Assembly (NCBI GenBank): GCA_963849325.1
Contig: CAWKHF010000012.1
Location: forward strand, 1,088,001-1,152,000
Source of the DNA: an uncultured Planctomycetota bacterium
GTDB taxonomy: Bacteria; Planctomycetota; Planctomycetia; Gemmatales; Gemmataceae
Length of the DNA: 64,000 bases
Direction of reading: 5' to 3'
Shown here one piece after another: positions 35,196-45,939 of the stretch. The notes beneath the pieces were generated by a model. The model ran no database searches. It was not told the origin of the DNA and saw nothing but the letters and a program-made list of their open reading frames with translations. Each line of letters opens with the position of its first letter. Position 1 is the stretch's first letter. Position numbers and translations under genes: made by a program.

Positions 35196-36381
35196 TCATC
35201 TAGTTCCACCCAGCGATGGCCGCAACTCGCGCACCCGGCCGCGCTCGAGCGTCACTTCGCCCAGCAGGGGGTGGCGCAAGGTCAGGCGCCTTTCGTCCAG
35301 CGCCGTCACCACGCCGTCCAGCACATCGACATCCGAGCCCAGTCCCGAGTACACCAGCAGACGCACGTTCGCCGCTTGGTTCCCGCGCGGCGGCGCGTCG
35401 GTACGGCGGAACGAACAGCCGGCCAACTCGGTCCACGGCAGCGAGCGCTTGCCGAATCGTCCCTCGATCCGGAGGGTGCGGCGATCCGCCCCGACAATCC
35501 GGCCGAACAGCTGATCGCCGTCCGCCAATTGGACCTCATCCTGTTCGGCATCGGCGGGTGGCTTCGGATATTCCTTCATGGCGCGTTCCAGACAGAACTC
35601 CGTCCAGGCGATGGCCTCTCCGGAGGATTTCTGACAACGAATTGTCACTTGCTTCAGCGACCCACCCGGCCCCTGTTCGAGGTTGTACCACAACACGTCG
35701 TCATCGCAAGTGATGCGCAGCGATCGCTTCGTGAAGTACACGAGGAGCCGATGCCAGCCCGGCGTTCGCGCCACCGTTCGCGCCACTCCTTTCAGACCAC
35801 CGCTATCCATTGCGTAATTCGCGCCGGTTTCGGCGACCGTCACCGTCACGCGCCGCGAGCGATCGGCCTGCTGAAACAACAGCTCCACGGTCCCGCGCCG
35901 CTGGAAGTTGACACCGAGCCGGCCCGCTGTCAGCGGCTTCGCCAGAGTGTAAGGCAAACCCTTCCCTCCGTCGTGGAAGTCCTCCTCCGTCACCGTCCGC
36001 CAGCCCGGCAGCGGATCGATCGACGCCACGGCGGCGCGCGGCAGCTCGACCCGCGCCGCCCAGGCCGCGCGCAGCGTCAGTGTGTTCTTGTCCAGACCGA
36101 GAAACGGCCCAGTGATCAGTTCACCGTCGCGCAAATGCACGCGCCGGCCGCCGCCGGCGCGAAACGGCGACGGTGGCGCCGCCGAAGCGAACACGAGAAA
36201 GGTCGGCAATCGGGATGTCCTCGCCCTCGGTCGAGTGGAAGCGGAGACGGCCCTTGTCCAAGGTGAGTTCGCCGAGCACATGCCGCCCATCCGTGCGCCA
36301 CGCTTGCTCCGCGGCCGACAGCGGCGAGACCAGACACGCCATCGCCACCGCTCCAGCCAACCTCCAGGCCACGTCGCGCAT
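35196..36381 (-). CDS. Hypothetical secreted protein; frameshift near 36170
   Basis: Signal peptide MRDVAWRLAGAVAMACLVSPLSA, then repeated VHLRDGELITG / VQLADGDQLFGRI / DVLDGVV motifs. Confidence 0.6.
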
Positions 36382-36481
36382 GCCGTCTCCCAGGCTTCCT
36401 GAATCTTGTGGCGCATCGCCGCCCCCTCTATAATCTACGCGATCCCTCGGACCCCGTACATCGGACGGAGGTAGCCCCCTC

Positions 36482-38166
36482 GTGTCGGATCGACCGCGCT
36501 TTCTCGTCCTGGGCGACTCCGGCCCGGCCGGCGCCGACTGGCTGCGACGCTGCGGCCTGGAAGGAGACGTCGTCCACGCCGACTCCTGGGACAACGGCCT
36601 GGACCAACTCGGCCGCCAGCGCCTCGACGCCCTCGTCGCCAACCCGGCCGACGCCTCGGTGCTGCACGATCTGCGCACTCTGGTGCAGGGGCAGCAGATC
36701 CTCGCCACCCTGCCCGACGGTGCGGCCGTCGTCGATGCCGACCTGCGCGTACACTGGGCCAATCCGACCTTCGTGTCGTGGTGCGGCGGTCCGGTCGTCG
36801 GCCGCGGCTTTTACGAAGCCCTCGGCTCGCCCGCCGCCCTTGGTCCCGAGTTCTGCCCGTTTCGCACCGCCCTGGCAAGCTCGACCGCGGCGCCGCCGAC
36901 CGTCACGACACGGCTGCTCTGTCGCGGCGATCGCGCCATCGATCTACACATTCGGCCGCTCGGCGAGCCGGACGGCCCTCTGCTTTTGGCCCTGGGCCGC
37001 GACGTCACGGCTCTAGTACGACAGCAGCAGAAGCTCGACGCGCTGCATAAGGCCGGCCGCGAGTTGGCGGCGCTGTCGGCCGATCAGCTCGCCGACATGA
37101 GCGTGGCCGAGCGCATCGAGTTGCTCAAGCTCAACATCCGCCGCTTCACCCGCGACCTGCTCCACTACGAGACCATCGAGATTCGCCTGCTCGACCCGCG
37201 GACGGGCCGGCTCGAACCGTTGATGCAGGAGGGCATGGCGCCATTGGCCGCCAACCGCGTTCTGATGGCCAGCGCCCGAGACAACGGCGTCACCGGCTAC
37301 GTCGCCGCCACCGGCAAGAGTCGCCTGTGCCCCGACATCAGCGCCGATCCGCTCTACCTGCCCGGCGCCCCGGCGCCCACAGTTCGCTGACCGTGCCGTT
37401 GATCTTCCAGGACAAGGTCATTGGCACCTTCAACGTCGAGAGTCCGCGGCCGGACGCCTTCGGCGAGGCTGACCTGCAATTCGCCGAACTGTTTAGCCAC
37501 GAGATTGCCGCCGCCCTGCACACGCTGGAGCTACTGCAGGCCGAGAAAAGCAGCACGGCCAGCCAGTCCGTCGAGGCCATCAACCGCGAGGTCGCCCTGC
37601 CGGTAGACGACATTCTCGCCTCGGCAACGTCGATCCTCGAACGCTACATCGGCCACGATCCGGAGATGGCCGACAAGATCCGCAAGATCATCGTCGGCGC
37701 CCGCGCCATCAAGCAGTGCATCCAGAAGGTTGGCGAGGACATCGCTCCGGCCCGGCCGACCGGCACCGTCAAAGAGGCGGCGCCGCCCGCGCTGAAGGGC
37801 GTGCGTGTCCTGGTCGCCGACAACGACGACCGCGTCCGTCGTTCGGCGCACGGCCTGCTCGGCCGTTGGGGCTGCGTCGTCGAGACGGCCCGCGACGGTC
37901 AGGAAGCGCTGACGATGGCCCGTCTGGGCAGTTACGACGCCATCCTCGCCGACATCCGACTGCCGGACATCTCCGGTTACGAGGTCTATCGCCGCCTCCG
38001 CGAGGCCCAGCCACAGGCCCGCGTCATCCTCATGACCGGCTACGGCTACGACCCGACGCACGCTCTCGTTCAGGCTCGCCAGGACGGCCTGCGCCACGTT
38101 CTGTTCAAACCCTTCCGCGTCGATCAACTCCGCGACGCCCTTGCGGATGACAAGGTGACAAGGTGA
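36482..38166 (+). CDS. PAS/GAF-containing response regulator; frameshift near 37370
   Basis: PAS-like AVVDADLRVHWANPTF; GAF GVTGYVAATG...SSLTVPLIFQDKVIGTFNVES; C-terminal receiver VLVADND...ADIRLPDISG...MTG...KPF. Confidence 0.85.
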
Positions 38167-38291
38167 CAAGGTGACAGAGAAGTTCGGCATGAGTTTTTAC
38201 TTCTTCGCTTCGTTCCCTTTCGCTCATTTGCTTCAAACCTCGCCCCCGTTCCATCACCTTGTCACCTTGTCACCTTGTCACCTTGTCATCC
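38145..38291. repeat. Inverted pair of 8-mer tandem arrays: (TGACAAGG)x3 and (CCTTGTCA)x4
   Basis: Arrays at 38148-38176 and 38257-38288. Confidence 0.85.
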
Positions 38292-39424
38292 TCGGAGCGG
38301 GCGCTTGCCTAGGACATCTCGCTTTGATGATCGCCAGTCATAATTGGTGGTACGGCCAGGCCATGCCGCGCAAGGCCGGAGACGTCATCCACCTGGTTCA
38401 TGGCCTTCTCGTCGTCGCCTTCCCGCCGGCCCTGGTCTGGGCGTTCGGTTGGGACCTGGACGGCCTACCGTGGTTCTCATCCGAATTTACCTGGTCGCAA
38501 CTCGCCACGCTGTACGTCGTGCTGTGCGCCACCGTCGGCTTCCTCGCCCTGCCGCTGAACACAATCCGGCGTCTGCTGCGCCGCGATCCGAGCGTGGAGA
38601 AGCGGAGCCGGGTGCTCGACGTCGCCAAGCACCTCGGCTATCGCCCGGTGGGCACGAGCAAGGAACGGCTGTTGTCGTACCTGCCGGGCAACGAGGTGTT
38701 CCAGGTCGAACTGGTCGAGCGCACCGTCCGCCTGCCGCGATTGCCGGCGGCCTGGGATGGGCTGACGCTGCTGCATCTGAGCGACCTGCACTTGAAGGGC
38801 ACGCCGGATCGCAACTATTTCCGCTTCGTCATGGACCGCTGCGCCGACTGGCAGCCGGACCTCGTCGCCGTCACCGGCGACATCGCCGACAGCATGCACC
38901 ATCTGCGCTGGATCGTGCCGATCCTCGGCCGGCTGCGCTGGCGCATCGCTGCCTTCGCCATCCTCGGCAACCACGACCACTGGTATGATCCGCCATTCAT
39001 CCGCCGCCGCCTGCGCCGTTTGCGGATGAACGTCCTCGCCAACACCTGGCAACAGATCGAAGTACGCGGCGAACCGCTCGTGGTCGTCGGCCACGAAGGT
39101 CCGTGGCTGAGACCCGCACCCGACTTGAGTTCCTGTCCGCGCGAACCATTTCGTTTGTGTCTGAGTCACACGCCGGACAACCTCCGCTGGGCGCGTCGCG
39201 CCGGGATCGACCTGATGCTGTCCGGCCACGTCCACGGCGGGCAGATTCGTTTCCCCCTGTTCGGTTCGGTGCTGGTGCCCAGCCGATACGGCCGGCGTTA
39301 CGACTGCGGCGTCTTCGATGAATCGCCGACGCTGTTGCACGTCAGCCGCGGTCTATCGGGCGACCATCCGCTGCGTTATTTGTGTCGGCCGGAAGTCACG
39401 CGGTTGACGCTGCGCCGAGCATGA
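38189..39424 (+). CDS. Membrane-bound metallophosphoesterase (YkuE/YaeI-like); start uncertain
   Basis: HLSDLH, TGD, ILGNHD, LSHTPD, LSGHVHGGQ, VSRG. Confidence 0.9.
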   Translation: MSFYFFASFPFAHLLQTSPPFHHLVTLSPCHLVILGAGACLGHLALMIASHNWWYGQAMPRKAGDVIHLVHGLLVVAFPPALVWAFGWDLDGLPWFSSEFTWSQLATLYVVLCATVGFLALPLNTIRRLLRRDPSVEKRSRVLDVAKHLGYRPVGTSKERLLSYLPGNEVFQVELVERTVRLPRLPAAWDGLTLLHLSDLHLKGTPDRNYFRFVMDRCADWQPDLVAVTGDIADSMHHLRWIVPILGRLRWRIAAFAILGNHDHWYDPPFIRRRLRRLRMNVLANTWQQIEVRGEPLVVVGHEGPWLRPAPDLSSCPREPFRLCLSHTPDNLRWARRAGIDLMLSGHVHGGQIRFPLFGSVLVPSRYGRRYDCGVFDESPTLLHVSRGLSGDHPLRYLCRPEVTRLTLRRA

Positions 39425-39440
39425 CTCGGGAGATAGAGCG

Positions 39441-39986
39441 ATGCCTGCCCCGGAAGGGCTTTCCAGGCCCACCGCCGACGACTTGATTCGTTTCCTGCAT
39501 CTTCAACCACTGCCGCGTGAGGGCGGCTGGTATCGAGAGACGTATCGCTCGTCGCGACGATTGCCGGCCGCGGCGCTGACCCCATCCTATCGTGCCGCCC
39601 GCTCCGCCAGCACGGCCATCTACTACCTGCTGACACCGGATACGTTCTCGGCCCTGCATCGATTACCTACCGAGGAAGTATTTCATTTCTACCTCGGCGA
39701 TCCTGTCGAGATGTTGCAGCTGGGTCCGAACCCCGAAGACGGCGGACGCATCGTGATACTCGGCTCCGATCTCTTCGCGGGCCAGCAGGTGCAAATGATG
39801 GTGCCGGCCGGCGTCTGGCAGGGTAGCCTATTACAAGCGGGCGGCGCCTTCGCCCTGCTGGGCACCACCCTGGCACCCGGCTTCGACTTCGCCGATTACG
39901 AAGCGGCGGATCGGGCGGCGCTGATCGCGGCGTTCCCCGCCTTTGCGGAACGCATTGCTCGCTTGTGTCCCGAGACGAATTCGTGA
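39441..39986 (+). CDS. Cupin domain protein (DUF985/Cupin_5)
   Basis: LQPLPREGGWYRETY, STAIYYLL, SALHRL...EVFHFYLGDP, VPAGVWQ, APGFDFADY. Confidence 0.9.
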   Translation: MPAPEGLSRPTADDLIRFLHLQPLPREGGWYRETYRSSRRLPAAALTPSYRAARSASTAIYYLLTPDTFSALHRLPTEEVFHFYLGDPVEMLQLGPNPEDGGRIVILGSDLFAGQQVQMMVPAGVWQGSLLQAGGAFALLGTTLAPGFDFADYEAADRAALIAAFPAFAERIARLCPETNS

Positions 39987-40011
39987 GGTTCGACTGAAGG
40001 GAGAACGCATC

Positions 40012-40338
40012 GTGAACATCCCGACCGTTTCCACCGCCCCGCATCCCCTTGTCCCGTCCGAGGTCATCACGTTCGCGCGGGAGCAGGGCGTCGAGCAATA
40101 CCTAGCGGGACTGATCGCACTGGCTAAACAGGTCTATCCGAGCGCAACGCGCTTCGAGGTCTTCACCGAAGACGACCCCGAGATCGCCAACGACCGACAT
40201 ATTGTCTTTGAGTTGGACGTGCCGCTTGACGTGGAGCAGGCCCTGGAAGCAGATCGACGCTGGGAGGAAGGGTTGTTCCGCATTTGCCCTGCTCCCTTGG
40301 TATGCGTCTTCCGCAAGAGCGCCGATTTGAGGCCTTGA
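40012..40338 (+). CDS. Hypothetical acidic protein, putative antitoxin partner of the HEPN protein
   Basis: GTG after AAGGGAG; its TGA directly abuts the HEPN gene ATG. Confidence 0.6.
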   Translation: MNIPTVSTAPHPLVPSEVITFAREQGVEQYLAGLIALAKQVYPSATRFEVFTEDDPEIANDRHIVFELDVPLDVEQALEADRRWEEGLFRICPAPLVCVFRKSADLRP

Positions 40339-40776
40339 ATGAACTTCCGCGATTTCTTGTCTCTGGCAGATACCTTGGCGAAGGGAGCTACGGAGGCGGA
40401 ATGGCGGTCGGCCTGTAGCCGCGGCTATTACGCTGCCTTCCATGTCGCCCGCCGACTGCTGTTGGACCTCGGCTTCCAAGTTCCCCAGGCCGACAGGGCG
40501 CACAGCCACCTTTGGTTACGGCTGTCGAACGCCGGCGCCCTGGAGGTACAGAAAGCGGGTAGGCGATTGAATGACTTACGCCGCGAGCGCAACCGGGCCG
40601 ATTACGAGGATCGTCACCCGATAACGGCAACGATGGCAGCCCAGAATGTGCGCTTCGTCGAAGACATCATCCAGGCGCTCGACGCAGCGGCCGTCGAGCC
40701 GACCCGCACGCAGATCACCGATGCCATGAAGGTCTACGAACGCGATGTCCTCCACGACGTGACCTGGCACCCCTGA
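40339..40776 (+). CDS. HEPN domain protein (UPF0332-like)
   Basis: RSACSRGYYAAFH and LRRERNRADY motifs. Confidence 0.8.
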   Translation: MNFRDFLSLADTLAKGATEAEWRSACSRGYYAAFHVARRLLLDLGFQVPQADRAHSHLWLRLSNAGALEVQKAGRRLNDLRRERNRADYEDRHPITATMAAQNVRFVEDIIQALDAAAVEPTRTQITDAMKVYERDVLHDVTWHP

Positions 40777-42023
40777 ACGCCGCCATCCATCGCACTTCTC
40801 CGGGGCACGCGCCGCGGTTTGGCGACGCCTGGGAAAGAGGTGGATCAAATCGTCCTGGTGCCGGTAATAGAAAGGGTAGACAACGACGCTGTCCGAAACC
40901 GAGGACGCCAAATGCCGACCAATCCAATGAGCGAAGTCGTCCAGCACCTTCGCCGAACGGTGCTGGTGCGGGATGGGGCCGGGATGACCGATGGGCAACT
41001 CTTGGAGTGCTTCCTCCGTGGTCGGGAGGAGGCGGCCCTTGCCGTCCTGGTGCGGCGGCACGGCCCGATGGTCTGGGGCGTCTGCCGCCGTCTTCTCGGC
41101 AACTACCACGACGCCGAGGACGCCTTTCAGGCCACTTTCCTCGTCCTCGTCCGCAAGGCGTCTTCCATCGCGCCCCGCGAGAGGGTCGTGAACTGGCTCT
41201 ACGGAGTGGCCCATCAGACGGCGTTGAAGGCGCGAGCGACCGCCATGAAGCAAAGGGCGCGGGAAAGGCAGGTGAAGGAAATGCCCGAACCCGAAGCGGT
41301 GCGGCGCGGCTTGCCGTCGGACTTGCGGCCCTGGCTCGATGAGGAGTTGATTCGTCTGCCGGACCCTTATCGCGTTGTCCTTCTTCTGTGCGATCTGGAG
41401 GGCAAGACGCGCAAAGAGGCGGCCCGGCATCTCGGTGTACCCGAAGGGACCGTGGCGAGTCGGCTGGCGAGAGCGAGAACGATGCTGGCGAAGCGGCTCA
41501 CTCGGCATAGTCCGGCGGTAACGGGCGGAGCGTTGACGGGGATTTTGGCGGAGAGCGCGGCGTCGGCGTGCGTGCCGGCGTCGGTGGTGTCTGGCACGAT
41601 CCAAGCCGCGAGTCTCGTTGCGGCGGGACAAGGGGGGACCGGCGTGATTTCGGTTCCGGTCGCCGCCCTGATGGAAGGAGTGCTGAAAGCCATGTTGATG
41701 ACCAAAATCAAAATCGCCACGATCCTACTCCTCGCGGTCGGAGTCTTGGCCGCCGGCATGGGTGCAAGTATCTTTTCCCGCCGGACACAGGCCGCGGAAC
41801 CGACAGCTCAGCAGGAAGCTAAGCCGAGGGAAGAGAGGCCGTCTCCTCCCGTCGCCAACAAGGAACGTGCCGACAGCGACCAGGGGAAAATACAAGGGAC
41901 GTGGCATCTGGAAAAGGCCGAAATCAATGGCGTGGAACTTCCCTTATTCTTTCGCCCCAAAGAGGGGTTAATCGCCGTCTTCGCCGGCAACAAAGGGACT
42001 GCAAACTTTATGGACATGGAGGA

Positions 42024-43527
42024 GAATGGCGTTCGGTTAAGCCGCATCTTCTTGTGGTGGTGACGTTTGATGCAACAATCTCTGCGCAGCGCGGCTCGTG
42101 GTTGGTTCATCAAGTCGTAGGGTTTGGCCCGACGTTTCTTCACCCGCGGTTCCACGCGACCGGGACGACACGGTACTACCTGCAGCCGCGGCAATTCTTC
42201 GCCATGCCGCGCTTCCCGCAACCAACGCCACGCATCCGCGAAGCTAATACGTTCTGGTTCCACCTCTTGCTGTCGCGCCGCCTCCACCATCACCCGACGC
42301 ACCAGATTATACACCAGCACGAAGACCAACAGTTCCTTCCACACACCTTGCCACGTCTCACAACGCAGCACGTCCATGCGCAAGGTCTGTTTCAGGTGAC
42401 GCAGATTGACTTCCACGCCCCAACGCTTCTCGTACAGCCGAGCCAACACCTCCGGCGGATAACGCCGTCGATCCAACAGCGTTGTCACCAGGGTCAACTC
42501 CCGCACCCGGCAAGTCGGCGTCCGGATCGGCACACGCACCTCACGGACCACCAGCGACGACGGCAAGGATTCATACTCCTGGCTGTCCATCCAGGCCGGA
42601 CACTCGGCTGGCTTAACGTACTCGACGAGTTGATCGTCGCGGCCCAGCCGACGCAGCCAGCGCGAGCGGGGCAAGCCCGCTTCTGCCTTGCGGGGCTGAC
42701 GGTTCGGCGCTACGTGCTTCCGCCGCGGCTTGAAGGAGATGATAAGACGCTGATGGGCACGAAAGAGGCTGAAAACGCCTCGTTGGTGTCGCATCGCCAG
42801 GTGAGCATAGGAGCAGAAAGCGCGATCGCCGGCCACCACGTCGCCAGCCCGCAGTCCGCGGTGGGTCCAGGTCAGGTCGGCCAGGTCGTGCGTCCGTAAC
42901 GGTCCCGGCATGACGTTGATCAGATAGCCGGTGTAGGCATGAAACTGCACCAGCAGGTGGGCCGTGGGGAAGCCGCAGCCTTGGGCCTGCTGGCCACTCT
43001 GACCGAAGGCGGCATGCAAGTCGGGCGTGTCCGGCATGGAGAAACTGGAACCATCGAGGAAAAAGACGCGATGACCATGCCACAAGGCGCGTGGGTCGTT
43101 GTCGCTGGAGCGGCAGCGGTCGAGGACGGCGACGCCCAGTCGTTGGAAGAAGGGCACGGGCAGGCGTTGTCGGGCCTCGCAGTAGGACGAGTCTGCGAAG
43201 GAAAGCTTGGCGAGGCGGCGGAGTTCGGAGACCGAGGTGTTCCCTTCGAGGATTTGGCGGATGAACAAGTGGGTGGTGACCAGGGGAGTCAGCCGACGCT
43301 GACGTCCGCCAGACGGAGGCGCTCGTGCGAGGGAATGGATGAGGGGGGCATCGATCCATTGGGCGGTAGCACCCTTGATGCGTTCGAGGGCTTGCGACAT
43401 ACTAAGCATGGCGGCCTCCTGAGATGATGAGGTCTGGACAACTCCATCATGGCAGGAGGCTGCCGCCTTTCCAAGATCGTCAGAAGTTCAAGCAGCGAAA
43501 GAGGCTACGCTTAACCGAACGCCATTC
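42024..43527 (-). mobile_element. IS4-family insertion sequence, 1504 bp
   Basis: Perfect 19-bp TIR GAATGGCGTTCGGTTAAGC (42024-42042 / 43509-43527); 11-bp direct repeat GACATGGAGGA at 42013-42023 and 43528-43538. Confidence 0.95.
42037..43400 (-). CDS. IS4-family DDE transposase
   Basis: SYCEARQRLP, FLDGS, GDRAF, LVTTLLD, YEKRWGVEVNLRHLK (Y-R-E-K signature); likely stop TAA inside the left TIR after a 1-bp correction near 42085. Confidence 0.9.
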
Positions 43528-44378
43528 GACATGGAGGAGTTTACTTTCAAGCTCGATCCCACCAAGAAGCCGAAGACCTTCGACTTTCAACAACGGAGGA
43601 ATGCCAAGCAGTCCTTCCCCGGCATTTATCTGTTGAAGGGCGATGAGCTGAAAATCTGCTTCCGCTTTCGCCGTGGGTCTCAAGACGAAATGCTCGCACC
43701 CGAAAAGCCGGAACGCCCCACGGCATTCGCCGACTACTGGAAAACCGGATCGTATACCGCGCTGCTCATCCTGAAGCGACAGCGGAAACCAGACGCCAAG
43801 AAGGACGAGAAACCCAGGCCGGACAAGGAACGACTTCAGGGGACGTGGAAGGTCGTCTCAACCGTGGACGATGGCGAAGAGGCCAAGGAGGAAGACGAAT
43901 GCTGGACGATCAAAGACAAGACGATCCGGGTCCAGTCCAAAAGTCGGAGGGGCGAGGAAACCACCAATTTTCTTCGCTTCCGGCTTGAGGAGACAACCAA
44001 CCCGAGGTTGATGGACGTGGTGGAAGGAGAGGCCAATGACTTGTTCGATACGGCGGAGTGGGACAAACGTTTTGAAGATGCCGACCAGCGCCTGGAGGGA
44101 ATCTATTCTCTCGCTGGGGATACCCTGACCATCTGCCTGAGTCGGAACAAGGGCGACCGACCGACAACCTTCGAGAGCAAGCAGGGATCGGACTACATCT
44201 TGGTCGTTCTTAAAAGGGAGGAGTGAGGATGAGCCGAAGAAGGACAGCAAGAGCGACAAGCCTTGAGGTCCGCTGCGATATTATTTCGCAATAAATGTGG
44301 CTCCGGCTCGAACAATCATCCAGTGAGCGAACGTCGTTTCAGCGTTTCGCTCGGTCGAAGGATGAGAGGAACGAGCCG

Positions 44379-45288
44379 ATGACTTCCGCTGTCGCCGTAT
44401 CGAAGGGACCGCCGTGCGGGAGCGTGACCCACCGTGTTCTCGCCCTCGTCGAGGTGCTTGTTGTTTTCGCACTCGTCCACCTGAGCTATCGGTCGTTCAA
44501 GCATTTCACGGAACTGGGCCGATGGGAAGTCACCGCCCGATTGAATTTCTCGACCGGCTCGGTGATGATTCTATTTCCCGTTATCGTGCTGGTCCTTGGC
44601 CGAAGGTCTTTCCGGGAGTACGGACTGACGGAGCAGGGATGGCGTTACAACCTCAATGTCGGTCTCTTTTGGGGAATTTTAGTAATTGCAGTAGCGGGGT
44701 TGATCGTCAAGTTCACACCCATCCAATTCAACCCGCTTACCCCGCCGGATTGGAAGAGGGCGTTGGCGGCTTCGGCCGGTACGCTCGTCTTGACGCTTCT
44801 CCTTCTTATCTTTCTTGCGCAAGAGGGTGCTGCTCGCTCTCATTCCCCCGTGGGTCAGTCTACTTATACTCCAGGGGCTGCTCTCGCTCCCCGTGATGAT
44901 GGCGTTATGGTTTCACCGGCCCCTGCTGCATGAACTGCTGACGATGCTCTGGTTATTCTTTGGCGCCGGCTGGGGAGAAGAAGTGTTTTTTCGAGGTTAC
45001 ATCCAATCGCGCGTGAATGAGGCGTTTGGGCGTCCCTTTGCCTTCATGGGTATGAAGTGGGGGGCCGGTTTGGTGGTCTCGTCCCTCCTGTTCGGTCTCA
45101 TCCACGCTCTAAATACGGTCGATTACTTTACGGGCCGCTTCGATTTTGCCTGGTGGTGGTTGGTATCGAATTTCTTCGCCGGACTGTTCTTCGGTTGTCT
45201 CCGTGAGCGAACGGGGAGTATTCTGCCTGGCGCTATCGTTCATGGACTCGATGATGTGTTAGCGCGAATTCCCGCCCTCCTTCCGTAA
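44379..45288 (+). CDS. CPBP (CAAX/Abi) intramembrane metalloprotease; frameshift near 44820
   Basis: GEEVFFRGYIQ, SSLLFGLIH, RERTGSILPGAIVH. Confidence 0.88.
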
Positions 45289-45307
45289 GAGCCCCTCACC
45301 CCCTGGT

Positions 45308-45359
45308 GAGCCGCGACCGTCAGGGAGCGGTTGTTCCCGCTCCCTGACGGTCGCGGCTC
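45308..45359. repeat. REP-like palindrome, family D (GAGCCGCGACCGTCAGGGAGCGG...)
   Basis: Perfect arms; second copy at 57916-57973. Confidence 0.85.
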
Positions 45360-45379
45360 TCCAACAGGCCGCAACATAC

Positions 45380-45841
45380 TCATCTGCGGACGGCTTCCAT
45401 GACCTCGTTGGCACGGTTATCGGTGCGGCCTGTCGATTCGGACACTCCGCGAAAATCGCCCCGGAGTGCCTTGAGGGCATATCGTTCTTCCTCGATCTCC
45501 GTTGCGGTTCGGATACCCAACCGACGCAGGACCGGCACCGGAGGACACCAGCCTTGCAGGGCGTGCTGCAGGAAGAACGCTTGGACGAGAAGCGGCACGG
45601 CGAACCACTTCCGGCTGACCGTTAGCCCTAGCGTCAACCCAATCAGGGTAAACGTCGGGGCCATCGTCTCCAAATACCGCTCGATGTCCCACTCGTTGTC
45701 CAGCTCCGCCAGGCGGCGGTCGATGGCTTGCGGCCCCGCCGAAGCGACGCCGGCGACATTCGCCTCCGTCTGACGGCGGATTTGCTCGTTGATCGTGTCG
45801 GAAGTGTTCCGCGACACCCGTTCAACCGTAGCGGGAAGCAT
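45380..45841 (-). CDS. DUF2892/YgaP-like membrane protein
   Basis: RLAELDNEWDIER, FFLQHALQGWCPP, EERYALKALRGDF; AAGGAGG RBS. Confidence 0.8.
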   Translation of the reverse strand: MLPATVERVSRNTSDTINEQIRRQTEANVAGVASAGPQAIDRRLAELDNEWDIERYLETMAPTFTLIGLTLGLTVSRKWFAVPLLVQAFFLQHALQGWCPPVPVLRRLGIRTATEIEEERYALKALRGDFRGVSESTGRTDNRANEVMEAVRR

Positions 45842-45882
45842 GGCATTCCTCCTTTTCTTGGTCGTAATCCTCCCTTCTAACT

Positions 45883-45898
45883 CGCAAAGGTCATGCCG
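45883..45898 (-). promoter_or_regulatory. Putative sigma-54 promoter of the DUF2892 gene
   Basis: Minus strand CGGCAT-GACCT-TTGCG (GG-N10-GC), about 40 bp upstream of the ATG. Confidence 0.5.
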
Positions 45899-45939
45899 GA
45901 GGCGAGAGGCGTGCGCCCATTCACGAACGTTAGCGCGTT

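Larger units (their letters stand above)
40912..44226 (+). pseudogene. Membrane-anchored ECF sigma factor with two TIGR03067-type domains, interrupted by an IS4 element
   Basis: TDGQLLECF, LVRRHGPMVWGVCRR, AEDAFQATFLVL, LCDLEGKTRKEAA, a TM segment, IQGTWHL; removing the IS and one target duplication restores FMDMEEFTFKLDPTKKPKTFD in frame; second domain LQGTWKV...GIYSLAGDTLTIC...RPTTF. Confidence 0.88.

Noticed and set aside
41808-42036. Transposase ORF extending beyond the IS end
   Set aside because: An alternative frame ends with TAA inside the TIR at 42037; the read-through is probably a 1-bp error near 42085.
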